DNA from: an uncultured Alphaproteobacteria bacterium
GTDB lineage: Bacteria > Electryoneota > RPQS01
Reading direction: 5' to 3'
DNA: 64,000 bases
Assembly (NCBI GenBank): GCA_964530625.1
Contig: CAZHAK010000012.1
Span: 8,654-72,653, forward strand
The notes below the pieces were generated by a model. The model ran no database searches. It was not told the origin of the DNA and worked only from the letters and a program-made list of their open reading frames with translations. This document shows, in pieces, positions 42,682 through 51,955 of this stretch (positions are counted from its first letter, which is position 1; every line of letters starts with the position of its first letter). Position numbers and translations under genes: made by a program.

Positions 42682-43725
42682 GTGAAGGTACTGATAACGG
42701 GCGGCGCGGGATTCCTCGGACTACACACCGCGCTGTGTTTTGCGGAGCATGGCTGGGACCTGATTTTAACGGACATAGCACCCTTTGAGACGTCGGAATA
42801 TCCGGCGGGAACGGTTTTTCTTGAGCACGATGTGCGGGACAAAGCCGGGCTGGACAAAATCTTGTCGGAATACAAAGTGGACGTGATTGTCCATGGCGCG
42901 GCAGCTCTGCCTCTCTGGAAGCCGAAGGACATTTTTGAGATAAACGTGGAAGGCACGCGCCGCGTACTGGAATCGGCCAAACAAGCAGGGATAGACCGCG
43001 TCGTGTTTGTCTCGTCAACGGCGGTCTACGGCATTCCCGATCATCACCCCTTGTACGAAACGGACAGAGTGCATGGCGTAGGTCCGTATGGCGAGAGCAA
43101 GATTCAAGCGGAAGACGTTTGTTTCAAGTTTCGCTCAGCCGACTTCTGTGTGCCGGTGATTCGTCCCAAGACGTTTATCGGCACCCATCGTCTGGGAGTC
43201 TTTCAGATTCTTTATGATTGGGTCGAAAGCGGCAAGCGCATTCCGATGATCGGCAAGGGCAACAACCGCTATCAGCTTTTGGAAGTAGACGATCTTGCTG
43301 AGGCGATTTATTTAGGCGCAACGGTTGAGGCGGCTCGCGCGAATGATACATTCAACATCGGCGCGGAAGAATTCAAGACCGTCAGAGAAGACATGGGCGC
43401 AATGTGCCACTATGCGGGTAACGGTGCGCGTCCGTGGGGCACTCCCGCAGGGCCGGTCAAGCTCGCGCTGATGATTTTTGAAGTGATGGGACTTTCGCCT
43501 CTTTATAAATGGGTCTATGGCACGGCGGACCAGGACAGCTTCGTCTCAATTGACAAAGCCAAGCGCGAGCTGGGCTGGAGGCCGAAATACTCGAACGCGC
43601 AGGCCTTGATTCGCAGCTATCAATGGTATTTGGATAACAAGCACACGATTCCCGAAGGCAGCGGCATCACGCACCGCATCGCCTGGAATCAAGGCATCCT
43701 GAAATTCTTCAAACGGTTTATGTGA
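42682..43725 (+). CDS. NAD-dependent epimerase/dehydratase (extended SDR family).
   Basis: VLITGGAGFLG Rossmann motif. YGESK catalytic pair. GTG start with GGAG 9 nt upstream. Confidence 0.8.
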   Translation: MKVLITGGAGFLGLHTALCFAEHGWDLILTDIAPFETSEYPAGTVFLEHDVRDKAGLDKILSEYKVDVIVHGAAALPLWKPKDIFEINVEGTRRVLESAKQAGIDRVVFVSSTAVYGIPDHHPLYETDRVHGVGPYGESKIQAEDVCFKFRSADFCVPVIRPKTFIGTHRLGVFQILYDWVESGKRIPMIGKGNNRYQLLEVDDLAEAIYLGATVEAARANDTFNIGAEEFKTVREDMGAMCHYAGNGARPWGTPAGPVKLALMIFEVMGLSPLYKWVYGTADQDSFVSIDKAKRELGWRPKYSNAQALIRSYQWYLDNKHTIPEGSGITHRIAWNQGILKFFKRFM

Positions 43726-43746
43726 TCTGCTGACGGGAGGTTGGGA

Positions 43747-46404
43747 ATGAAACTGTCCGCCACAATTGCACTTTCGATAGTTTGCCTGTTCTGTTTACAG
43801 TCAACGATGCTCGCCACTCCCTATTGGACGGAGGCCCAGCTTGACTCAGCGCAAGCCGCGTCCGGTACTGCGTCATTGATTCGCCACGGTGAGACCGGCA
43901 ACCGCTCGCACAGCAGATCGCTTGACGATATTGCTTACTTCGTGAAGTATCGGCAGCTTTGTGATTTTCTGGCTTCGATGCAGGTCACGACACCCGGCGC
44001 GAACTTAGGCGGGATGCGCGAGGGCGAGGTCGGCAGCGACTTCAATATCATTCAGACCGACAACACACAAGAAGCCATTCGCGTTTGGTCGCAATATTCT
44101 ATATGGACGGGCGACACCGCTCGCTATGCGCAGAACATTCGCAACGCCTGGACATATTGCACGGTCTGGCCCGCGTGGCGCGAAGAAGGCGGCGGCTACT
44201 ACGCGATGCACAACTGCGGCTGGGGATTTGAAGCGGCCTACAAATACCGCGAAGCCTACGGCGACACGAGCAAAAACTGGTACGCCGACAGTTGCGCGTG
44301 GTGGGTGAACGGTAATCCGCTAAGTCTGACTTCGATTCTGAATATCGCCGCGCAAGGCTTGGGCATCGGCGGTATGTATCCTCACGCGGTCTATCGTGGC
44401 CGCACGGATTGGCAGGACTTCACATTGGGCCGCGCGCGCATTATTCGCAATTGGTTTCAAGCAAATCCGTCGCGCTTAAATACCGAAACAAGTTGGGCAC
44501 TCTGCGCAGGCACTGCGATTTGGGGAGTCTGCAATTCACTGTGGATAGCCTATCCCGACAGCGGCGCGACGTGGATAAACCAATACGGCACGAATCTCGA
44601 AACATGGGAGTCGCCCTCATCATGGTACAACGCATTTAATACGTGGTACTCGAACGCGACGTTCAGGTTCTGGGAAATCAGTGGCGACTCACTCTATTGG
44701 CATCGCGGGGTTTTCTACGCCGACTCGCTGGTGGGTTTTGACGTGGACAACGACGGCGGCATTCCGCCGGGCACCTGCTGTATCAGCAACGGCAACGACC
44801 ATACTTGGGTCAGTGCCTACATGGGTTGGATGGGACTCGAACGGATAATTTCGTCTGCGCCGATTTCGTTTGTGGATGCGGTCGGATTTTCCAGTCCCTC
44901 AGAGGACGCTGCGTATCTTGCGGGCGATCCGCTTCCGGTTACTGCGCTGGTCGCGAATCAGGGTACGGAAGCATTGCAGGGCCGTGTCTGGGTGTGGGGA
45001 TTGAATTACTCGGACAGCGCAGATTTCACTGCTGGAGCGGGTGACGTCGTGGAGGTACCGATGAGCAATCTTTGGACGCTTGCAGACAACTCCACACTTC
45101 CTGAATCGCCTATGCTATTTTCAAGGGTGCGGGTTATCTTAGAAGGCGACACTTTGCAGGCATTAGATTCTGCGGGCTTTGATATTCGGCGCGGTGGCAT
45201 CGTGCAGGGAACTATCTCGGGCGAGTTTGACATCGCAACGTCCCCCGCCTGCTTGATTGAGTTCTATTCGGATTCCTACCCGGACTCGCTCTGGCACTCG
45301 GTAAATGTCGGCGCGGGCGAGATGTACTCCAATGGCGCTCGTCGCCTGTTGTCGGGCGGCAATCGAATGGTCGTCTACGGGCCAGCTCGCTACTTGATTG
45401 AAGAGATCGCGTTTTACCCATTAACTCCGGAAGAGAATCCGGATGATCTCGATGTGTACCTGACATCATCGGACGTTCTTCTGGTGGATGACGATCTTGG
45501 ACAAAGCTACGAGAATTATATTCTGTCAGCGCTTGATGCCAATGACAGAAATGTGCGCGTCTGGGATCGCCAGTCAACGGTGCTCGGCGATCTGTCTAAT
45601 GTGCCGTGGTTGATTTGGATGACGGGCAACGACGCGGTGACGACTCTTGATGCGCAAGACCATAATACGTTAACGGGCTTTATGCTGGCAGGCGGCGGAG
45701 TGTTATTGACGGGGCAGAACATCACGGATGATCCTCAGAACGAAGACTTCTTACGCGACATAATGCGATGCGAGGAAGATCGCTCGGATACGGACGTGCT
45801 GCGCGCCTATGGCTTAGGCGACGACCCTGACGTGGATGGACAATTCTTGTTGCTGTTAGGCTCACAAGGGGCGCAGAATCAAACAAGCCCCTCCTCTATC
45901 ACTTTGTTAAATGGAGCCACAGCGATCTTTGTCAATGATACGATCACGGAGGAAGTGTGCGGAGTATCAGGACTGCATGGATCTGGCAAGTTTATTTTCC
46001 TGAGCTTCGGACTTGAAGGAGCGTCAGGACAAGCTGGCAGTACGTCGCGCTCCGTGTTTTTATCTGCTGCAGAAGACTGGTTGACAGCACCGCTGCAAGC
46101 AACCATTGATCCACCCGTCGTGTGGAACTTCGAGTTGCTGCCGAGTTTTCCCAATCCTTTCAACGGCCAAGTGCAGATTCGCTGGCTCGCTCCAGATAAT
46201 TCTTCCCGAACTACTCTCCAAGTTTACAATCTTTTGGGCAGGCATGTGACAACCTTGTTTGACGGGTTCGGGAAAATTGGACAAAACTTGGTCACATGGA
46301 ACGGCGCAACATCAAGTGGTGTTCCGGTATCCAGCGGAACGTACTTGGTTCGCTTGACGACGCCGGACGCGACGCTGTCACACTCCATCCGCTTCATCCG
46401 CTGA
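43747..46404 (+). CDS. Large secreted hypothetical protein (about 886 aa) with a signal peptide and a C-terminal T9SS sorting domain.
   Basis: MKLSATIALSIVCLFCLQSTMLA signal. GGGAGG 6 nt upstream of the ATG. C-terminal LLPSFPNPFNGQVQIRW...IRFIR. Confidence 0.7.
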   Translation: MKLSATIALSIVCLFCLQSTMLATPYWTEAQLDSAQAASGTASLIRHGETGNRSHSRSLDDIAYFVKYRQLCDFLASMQVTTPGANLGGMREGEVGSDFNIIQTDNTQEAIRVWSQYSIWTGDTARYAQNIRNAWTYCTVWPAWREEGGGYYAMHNCGWGFEAAYKYREAYGDTSKNWYADSCAWWVNGNPLSLTSILNIAAQGLGIGGMYPHAVYRGRTDWQDFTLGRARIIRNWFQANPSRLNTETSWALCAGTAIWGVCNSLWIAYPDSGATWINQYGTNLETWESPSSWYNAFNTWYSNATFRFWEISGDSLYWHRGVFYADSLVGFDVDNDGGIPPGTCCISNGNDHTWVSAYMGWMGLERIISSAPISFVDAVGFSSPSEDAAYLAGDPLPVTALVANQGTEALQGRVWVWGLNYSDSADFTAGAGDVVEVPMSNLWTLADNSTLPESPMLFSRVRVILEGDTLQALDSAGFDIRRGGIVQGTISGEFDIATSPACLIEFYSDSYPDSLWHSVNVGAGEMYSNGARRLLSGGNRMVVYGPARYLIEEIAFYPLTPEENPDDLDVYLTSSDVLLVDDDLGQSYENYILSALDANDRNVRVWDRQSTVLGDLSNVPWLIWMTGNDAVTTLDAQDHNTLTGFMLAGGGVLLTGQNITDDPQNEDFLRDIMRCEEDRSDTDVLRAYGLGDDPDVDGQFLLLLGSQGAQNQTSPSSITLLNGATAIFVNDTITEEVCGVSGLHGSGKFIFLSFGLEGASGQAGSTSRSVFLSAAEDWLTAPLQATIDPPVVWNFELLPSFPNPFNGQVQIRWLAPDNSSRTTLQVYNLLGRHVTTLFDGFGKIGQNLVTWNGATSSGVPVSSGTYLVRLTTPDATLSHSIRFIR

Positions 46405-46408
46405 ACCC

Positions 46409-47740
46409 GTGAGCGGCTTCTTTTCGTTTCGCCGCAAGAATCCGGGGCAGGTCTTCGCGTGGGCGACCTACGATTTCGGCAACTCAGCCTTCGCGACGAC
46501 AATCCTTGCCGTAATCTTCAACAAATATTACGCGGGCGTCATCGCTGGCGGCGCGGAGGGAGTTGCGGTGATGGGAACACAGGTTCCCGGCACGACGGTC
46601 TTTAGTTTTTTTGTTTCGGCCAGTATGATTCTGGTCGCGTTGCTGGGGCCGCTACTCTCTGCTCTTTCTGATTTGGGTCACCTGAAACGGCGCATGCTCC
46701 TGCTGCATACAGCGATTGGAGTTGCCGCGACGATGATGCTCGCGACACTCGGCGAAGGCGATTGGCTGATCGGCGGAGTATGGTTTACCATCGCACAATT
46801 TGGTTTTGCCGGAGCCGCGATTTTTTACAACGCGATGCTGCTGGACATCGCGGATCCACAGGATTACGCGAAAGTCTCAAGCATCGGCTGGGCGTGGGGA
46901 TATTTAGGCGGCGGGATGCTGTTGGCTGTGAATCTTGTCATGCTTCAGTATCCGCACTTGCTGGGCCTTCCCGCGGGCTTTTTCACGGTTCAGCACTGTT
47001 TCTTAAGCGCGGCGGTTTGGTGGGCGGTGTTTACAATCCCCATCGCGCTCTCCGTGCGCGGGCAACCGTCTGCGAAAACCGTGAGGATCAAGCAAGCCTT
47101 CCGCGCGTTACTCCGCAGCCTAAGAAGCCTGCGCAAACTTCCGACATTCTCGCGCTTCTTCTTTGCATACTTGCTTTACAATGACGGGATCGAAACCGTA
47201 ATTATCATGGCGTCCATCTTCGGAGATCAGGAGTTACATATGGAAACAGGAGAGCTTGTGCTCTTCTTCCTAATGGTGCAGGGTGTCGCCTTTGTGGGAT
47301 CACTTATTTTTGGAGTGATCGCCAACCGTTGGAACAATCGCGACGCGGTTTTGTTGGGTGTGGGAATCTGGAGTCTAGTTGCGCTCTGGGGTTGGCAGTT
47401 GGGCTGGATGGGCGATGCCTTGCAAGAATACTGGTTTTTGGGAATTCTCGCGGGTCTCGTGTTGGGTGGTACTCAAGCGGCTTCGCGTTCGCTGCAAGCC
47501 ACTCTGATTCCACCCAGTCAATCTGCGGAGTTTTTTAGCTTCTTTGCGGTTTCCGGAAAGTTTGCAAGTGCGGTCGGACCGGCTATCTTCGGAATTGCCG
47601 TTTGGATCACCGGCAGCTTGCGAATCGGGATGTTGTCACTACTGATATTTTTCGTACTCGGCGCATGGCTGCTTTGGGGAGTTTCCGAAGAGCAGGGCCG
47701 TCGGGAAGCACTCGACTTTCAATCAAATAGAGATGAATAA
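46409..47740 (+). CDS. MFS transporter, Atg22/UMF1-like.
   Basis: About 12 TM segments. WATYDFGNSAF N-terminal motif. GTG start. Confidence 0.7.
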   Translation: MSGFFSFRRKNPGQVFAWATYDFGNSAFATTILAVIFNKYYAGVIAGGAEGVAVMGTQVPGTTVFSFFVSASMILVALLGPLLSALSDLGHLKRRMLLLHTAIGVAATMMLATLGEGDWLIGGVWFTIAQFGFAGAAIFYNAMLLDIADPQDYAKVSSIGWAWGYLGGGMLLAVNLVMLQYPHLLGLPAGFFTVQHCFLSAAVWWAVFTIPIALSVRGQPSAKTVRIKQAFRALLRSLRSLRKLPTFSRFFFAYLLYNDGIETVIIMASIFGDQELHMETGELVLFFLMVQGVAFVGSLIFGVIANRWNNRDAVLLGVGIWSLVALWGWQLGWMGDALQEYWFLGILAGLVLGGTQAASRSLQATLIPPSQSAEFFSFFAVSGKFASAVGPAIFGIAVWITGSLRIGMLSLLIFFVLGAWLLWGVSEEQGRREALDFQSNRDE

Positions 47741-47773
47741 ACCAAGTTTAAAGACTTCAAGACGGGAGATTAC

Positions 47774-48397
47774 ATGAACGTTGCGCGACTCTTTTTTGCA
47801 CTGCTGCTCACATTCAATCTATCCGCACATGCCGAGGAGATGCCCGAACTTGCGACCCTTTTGGCGCTCTTCAGCGCGAGCGCGACAGAGAACGGCACCA
47901 TCCGCTTGAATTGGACCCTCGACCAGCAATCTCCTGCCGTGATAAAATTTCGCGTTTATCGCGGCTATGAAGAACTGGGAAACTTCTCCGTCTTATCCGA
48001 GATTCCGTTTCACGCGGAACAGGGCGCGGCGGACTATCTGTTGAACGACACGTCGGCGATTCCGGGTGTGACCTACTACTACAAGCTCGCGGCACAAGGT
48101 CAACTGAACGAATCCATCTTCCCTGTCGTGATTTCGGCAGGAGTACCATTAGGCGACAAGAACGCGGGTCAGGACGACGAAGCTCCCGCGATCATTCTTC
48201 CCGGTGAGACGGTAAGACTGTACGTGCGCAAATCCGGGCACGTCAAGCTCGAACGCACAGCCCCCGAACAAAAGACACTGATTGATGGCGAGTTAGCATC
48301 GGGAGTCTATGAAGTCGAAGCGGGCCCGGCTGCTCAATCGCTGAAAGTTTGGGCGGGGCAAGCCTACGAGTTTTCGTTAAGCTGGCCGATACAATAA
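47774..48397 (+). CDS. Secreted hypothetical protein with a fibronectin-III-like segment (GVTYYYKL).
   Basis: Signal peptide MNVARLFFALLLTFNLSAHA. Confidence 0.5.
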   Translation: MNVARLFFALLLTFNLSAHAEEMPELATLLALFSASATENGTIRLNWTLDQQSPAVIKFRVYRGYEELGNFSVLSEIPFHAEQGAADYLLNDTSAIPGVTYYYKLAAQGQLNESIFPVVISAGVPLGDKNAGQDDEAPAIILPGETVRLYVRKSGHVKLERTAPEQKTLIDGELASGVYEVEAGPAAQSLKVWAGQAYEFSLSWPIQ

Positions 48398-48413
48398 GCA
48401 GTGTTACGGCTAG

Positions 48414-48446
48414 CAAAAGAGCCACTCCCGTGAGTGGCTCTTCAGC
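48414..48446. terminator. Bidirectional hairpin terminator between the convergent FN3-like gene and suhB.
   Basis: agagccactc...gagtggctct stem, with T-rich flanks on both strands. Confidence 0.5.
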
Positions 48447-48466
48447 TTATTGAATCTCTATGTCCG

Positions 48467-49315
48467 TTACACTCTCGCGTCCGCGATACACTGTATCAAC
48501 TGCGAGTGAAACTCCTGTGACGCTCCGAGAATGTTTCCCGACTCAAGAAAGTTTTCGTCGCCGTCAAAGTCACTGCACACTCCGCCTGCTTCTCGAACGA
48601 TCAAAGCACCCGCCGCAATGTCCCACGGCGACAGACGGTGCTCCCAAAAACCGTCAAAGATCCCCTGCGCAGTCCAGCATAAGTCCAGCGCGGCGGCGCC
48701 CGCTCTGCGAATGGCGCGGCATCTTGGAAAAATGACCGCGAACTCTTTCAGATAAAGTGTAAGCTCGTCCGAGTGCCGGCGCGGAAATCCCGTCGCCAAG
48801 ACCGCGTCGCCAAGTTTAATTTTGCGTGTAACAGCCAAGCGCTGTGTATTCAAGTAGCTGCCCTTGCCCTTTGCGCCCCAAAACAGCTCGCCCGTTACAG
48901 GATTGTACACGACTCCGCACAGCAGTTCCTGCACACCATCGTCGCGCACTTCAACTAACCCCAGACTGACGGCAAAGACCGGGAACCTCTGTACAAAATT
49001 GGTCGTACCATCGAGAGGGTCAAGATACCAGATCAGTCCGTTCCCTTGGCGGGATGTGCCTTCTTCACAAATTATTCCCGCTTCAGGCATTTCCTTTTGC
49101 AGGAATTCCGACACAACCGCTTCCGATTCAATATCTGCGCGCGTCACAAGATCCCCTCTGCCCTTCTCGCGCACGTCTTTCCCGCTCAGATCTTGCCAGT
49201 AGTTCATCAGCACGTCTCCGGCCTTCAGGCAGGCCAAAATGGCAAGCGACGCCCGCTCGTCGGTTCCAAGGGCCAACTTGCGTGCGTCGCGGAAGAATTC
49301 AGTTGAAGTGTTCAC
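48467..49315 (-). CDS. suhB: Inositol monophosphatase family protein (SuhB-like).
   Basis: WYLDPLDGTTNF motif. Confidence 0.8.
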   Translation of the reverse strand: MNTSTEFFRDARKLALGTDERASLAILACLKAGDVLMNYWQDLSGKDVREKGRGDLVTRADIESEAVVSEFLQKEMPEAGIICEEGTSRQGNGLIWYLDPLDGTTNFVQRFPVFAVSLGLVEVRDDGVQELLCGVVYNPVTGELFWGAKGKGSYLNTQRLAVTRKIKLGDAVLATGFPRRHSDELTLYLKEFAVIFPRCRAIRRAGAAALDLCWTAQGIFDGFWEHRLSPWDIAAGALIVREAGGVCSDFDGDENFLESGNILGASQEFHSQLIQCIADARV

Positions 49316-49376
49316 GGCCTGTTCATCTCGTATCGTTGTTTGCGTGTCTTTACGATACGATTTCGCAAGCTGACAA

Positions 49377-50129
49377 TCAAGTCTGGGGAGCGTTTCGGGA
49401 GAGCGTCACGGTCAGCACGATGCGCCCGGTTTCCTGCTGGACCTCGTAAGTCGCGCCGTTCTCCCCTAGTCGCGCCAGATACATGTGCAATCCGTCTGTC
49501 TGCAACGGCTCTTCTTCAGTCTCAAAGTATTTCGCCTCCATCACAAGCACGCCAGTGCTGTTGGCAAAATTCGTGGTGACGTTCAATTCAACCAGTCCGC
49601 GCGAAAAGTCATGCGCCGCCAGCGCGCGCAGCACAAACTCGTCAATCACCGCCGCTATATGTTTATACACGGTATAAACCGTGTAGGCATCGCTGGCCAG
49701 ATCAAAGCGCTTGCGCACTTTGTGCTTATAGGTCAAGTTCGCGTCCAGAAACTGCAATTCGTTGCTGACCATCTCAAACAAGGACATCGGACCGGGCGTT
49801 TCCTGTGCGCAACGATGAAAGCGTCTGATAATTACCTGCAAGAGCTCTGTCAAATGACGGGCATTGCGCGACATAATATCGAGATTCGAACAGCTTTTTT
49901 GATGCTGCACTTTCAGGGCTTCGGCAGATTGCGACGCGCCATGCTCAAGCTCTTTAAGCAGCCGTTCCTGCTCGCCTACGCGCATTTCGAGCAGCTGCGT
50001 GGCGCCAATCACTCCGGAGAGTGGGGTCGCGAGATTGTGAACGATACCCGGCAGCAAGCTTCCGAGAAACTCGAGTTCAAGGCTGTCGAAGTGAGCGCTT
50101 GGCTGCTGTTTTGACGTAGAGTCTGTCAT
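49377..50129 (-). CDS. Histidine-kinase-like protein with a HisKA H-box (IVHNLATPLSGVIGATQLL) and no recognisable N/G1/G2 ATP-binding boxes.
   Basis: H-box present. The C-terminal half lacks DxGxG and GxGLGL motifs. Confidence 0.4.
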   Translation of the reverse strand: MTDSTSKQQPSAHFDSLELEFLGSLLPGIVHNLATPLSGVIGATQLLEMRVGEQERLLKELEHGASQSAEALKVQHQKSCSNLDIMSRNARHLTELLQVIIRRFHRCAQETPGPMSLFEMVSNELQFLDANLTYKHKVRKRFDLASDAYTVYTVYKHIAAVIDEFVLRALAAHDFSRGLVELNVTTNFANSTGVLVMEAKYFETEEEPLQTDGLHMYLARLGENGATYEVQQETGRIVLTVTLSRNAPQT

Positions 50130-50496
50130 ATGTTTCGGCTTGCTTTTCCTGAAGAAAGTCTGTAAGTTACAAGGGTCAGTGCTGAATCTTGCCGGTCTGA
50201 ACGTGCGTAAACCCGTGAATAATGTTCTGATGCATGTTCAGTATTTGCAAATACAGTTCCCAAGTTATACTGAGCCTCCACTTCTTAGTTGGCAGGCGCA
50301 CATTGTTGCGGCCGAATAGCACCGCTTGCCGCAACTTGCCAAAGAGAGTCCCCATAGCGACTGAATCAAACATCATTCATGCATAAAGCGGCGCACCGCG
50401 TCGTCCCCCGACTCGGAATGTTTTGAAGTATCGCAACGTGAAGTTGCCGGATCATCACACTACGATTGAAAAACATTACCTACCAGTACCATTTCA

Positions 50497-51906
50497 TTGA
50501 CTCGTTTATTTGAACCACGCCGCCACGTCGTCGCCACGTTTTCCGAACAGACAGCGCTGTTTATCTCGCTGATTCGTTGGACAATTTTGGCCCTTGTCGT
50601 GGGAACGGTTGTGGGCGCGTCAACATACGGCTTCATAAAACTGCTCGAGTGGTCGTCTGAAACGGCAGCACAGTTTCCCTATTACTTTTTGGCGATACCG
50701 ATAGCGTTTGTTTTGTCCGCTCTCCTGGTGCACTATCTTGCACCGGACGCGGAGGGCCACGGCACAGAACGGATCATTGACGCGGTGCACAAAAACAGTG
50801 GCCGCATGCGGTTGCGCGTGGTGCCCGTTAAAGTGCTCACAACGGTCATAACCATTGCTGGCGGCGGTAGCGCAGGCAAGGAGGGTCCGGCGGCACAAAT
50901 CGGCGCGGCGCTCGCGTCGGGATTTGCATCGCTCATGAAGCTTAATGACCGCGACCGCAAAAAAATTGTGGTGTGTGGTATTTCGGCGGGCTTTGCCTCA
51001 GTTTTCGGAACACCTGTAGCCGGAGCGATCTTTGGAATAGAAGTGCTGTTTCTGGGTCACTTGATGTACGATGTTTTAGTGCCTTCGTTCATCGCCGGAA
51101 TAACAGCCTATCAGGTTGCCTCCTGGTTGGGACTGCAATACTGGTCGCACGCGATTGTTGAGATTCCTCCTTTGGGTCAGGGCTATGTCATTCAACTGGT
51201 CTTGACCGGTGTCGTGTTCGGCCTCGTGACGGTGTTATTCATCGAGTTCGTGAGATTTTTGAAACGCGCGATGCCGATCTTATGGCCAAACTTCATCGCG
51301 CGCGCGTTTGTCGGAGGCATGGTAGTCGTAGGGATCGCCGTCGTGTTCGGTTTCGAGGTCACGGGCTTGGGCACGGAACATATCGAACACATTTTCGAAG
51401 GGGAACCGGTTACTCCCTTCCTGTGGCTGGGCAAGATTCTCGCAACAGCCGTGACCCTTGAAGCCGGCGGGTCCGGCGGGATAGTCACGCCCATTTTCTT
51501 TGTCGGCGCGGCCGCAGGCAGTTTCTGGGCGGGAATAATTGGTGCCAATGCCGTCACGATGGCCGCACTGGGCACAACCTCCATACTCGCCGGCGCGGCC
51601 AACACACCGATTGCCGCCTCTATGCTGGCGATTGAAATGTTTGGCGCGGATATCGGCCCTTATGCGGCGGGATGCGCAATGGTCTCATTCATCATGACGG
51701 GTCATCGCAGCATCTACCCCAGTCAAGTGCTTTCGGCATCCAAGAGCGATTCATTGGTGGCTCAGTTGAACGAGCCGCTTGCACCCCACACGCGCTCGAC
51801 CTTGAGTACGGAAGGTCAGGAAGAGTTTGATCGAGTTTATTCCTTCCCGATGCGGGTCTGGAGATTCCTTACAATCGGCATCTGGCAATGGAAGCCGCGC
51901 AAATAA
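50497..51906 (+). CDS. ClC-family chloride channel / H+-Cl- antiporter homologue, with no CBS domains.
   Basis: GKEGP (gating Glu) and GxFxP-like GTPVAGAIFGIE motifs. The first selectivity motif is GHGTE rather than GSGIP. Confidence 0.75.
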   Translation: MTRLFEPRRHVVATFSEQTALFISLIRWTILALVVGTVVGASTYGFIKLLEWSSETAAQFPYYFLAIPIAFVLSALLVHYLAPDAEGHGTERIIDAVHKNSGRMRLRVVPVKVLTTVITIAGGGSAGKEGPAAQIGAALASGFASLMKLNDRDRKKIVVCGISAGFASVFGTPVAGAIFGIEVLFLGHLMYDVLVPSFIAGITAYQVASWLGLQYWSHAIVEIPPLGQGYVIQLVLTGVVFGLVTVLFIEFVRFLKRAMPILWPNFIARAFVGGMVVVGIAVVFGFEVTGLGTEHIEHIFEGEPVTPFLWLGKILATAVTLEAGGSGGIVTPIFFVGAAAGSFWAGIIGANAVTMAALGTTSILAGAANTPIAASMLAIEMFGADIGPYAAGCAMVSFIMTGHRSIYPSQVLSASKSDSLVAQLNEPLAPHTRSTLSTEGQEEFDRVYSFPMRVWRFLTIGIWQWKPRK

Positions 51907-51937
51907 AAGAAGGCCGCCTGTTTGAGCGGCCTTCTTC
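51901..51937. terminator. Hairpin terminator (gaaggccgc...gcggccttc) with T-runs on both sides. Serves the minus-strand ATPase gene and probably the plus-strand ClC gene.
   Basis: Inverted repeat seen directly. Confidence 0.55.
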
Positions 51938-51955
51938 ACATGTAAACCGGAAACA

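Noticed and set aside
50130-50496. Fluoride (crcB) riboswitch upstream of the ClC gene.
   Set aside because: No match to the conserved GGnGATG...CTGATG pseudoknot pattern. The region looks like an ordinary promoter/leader.
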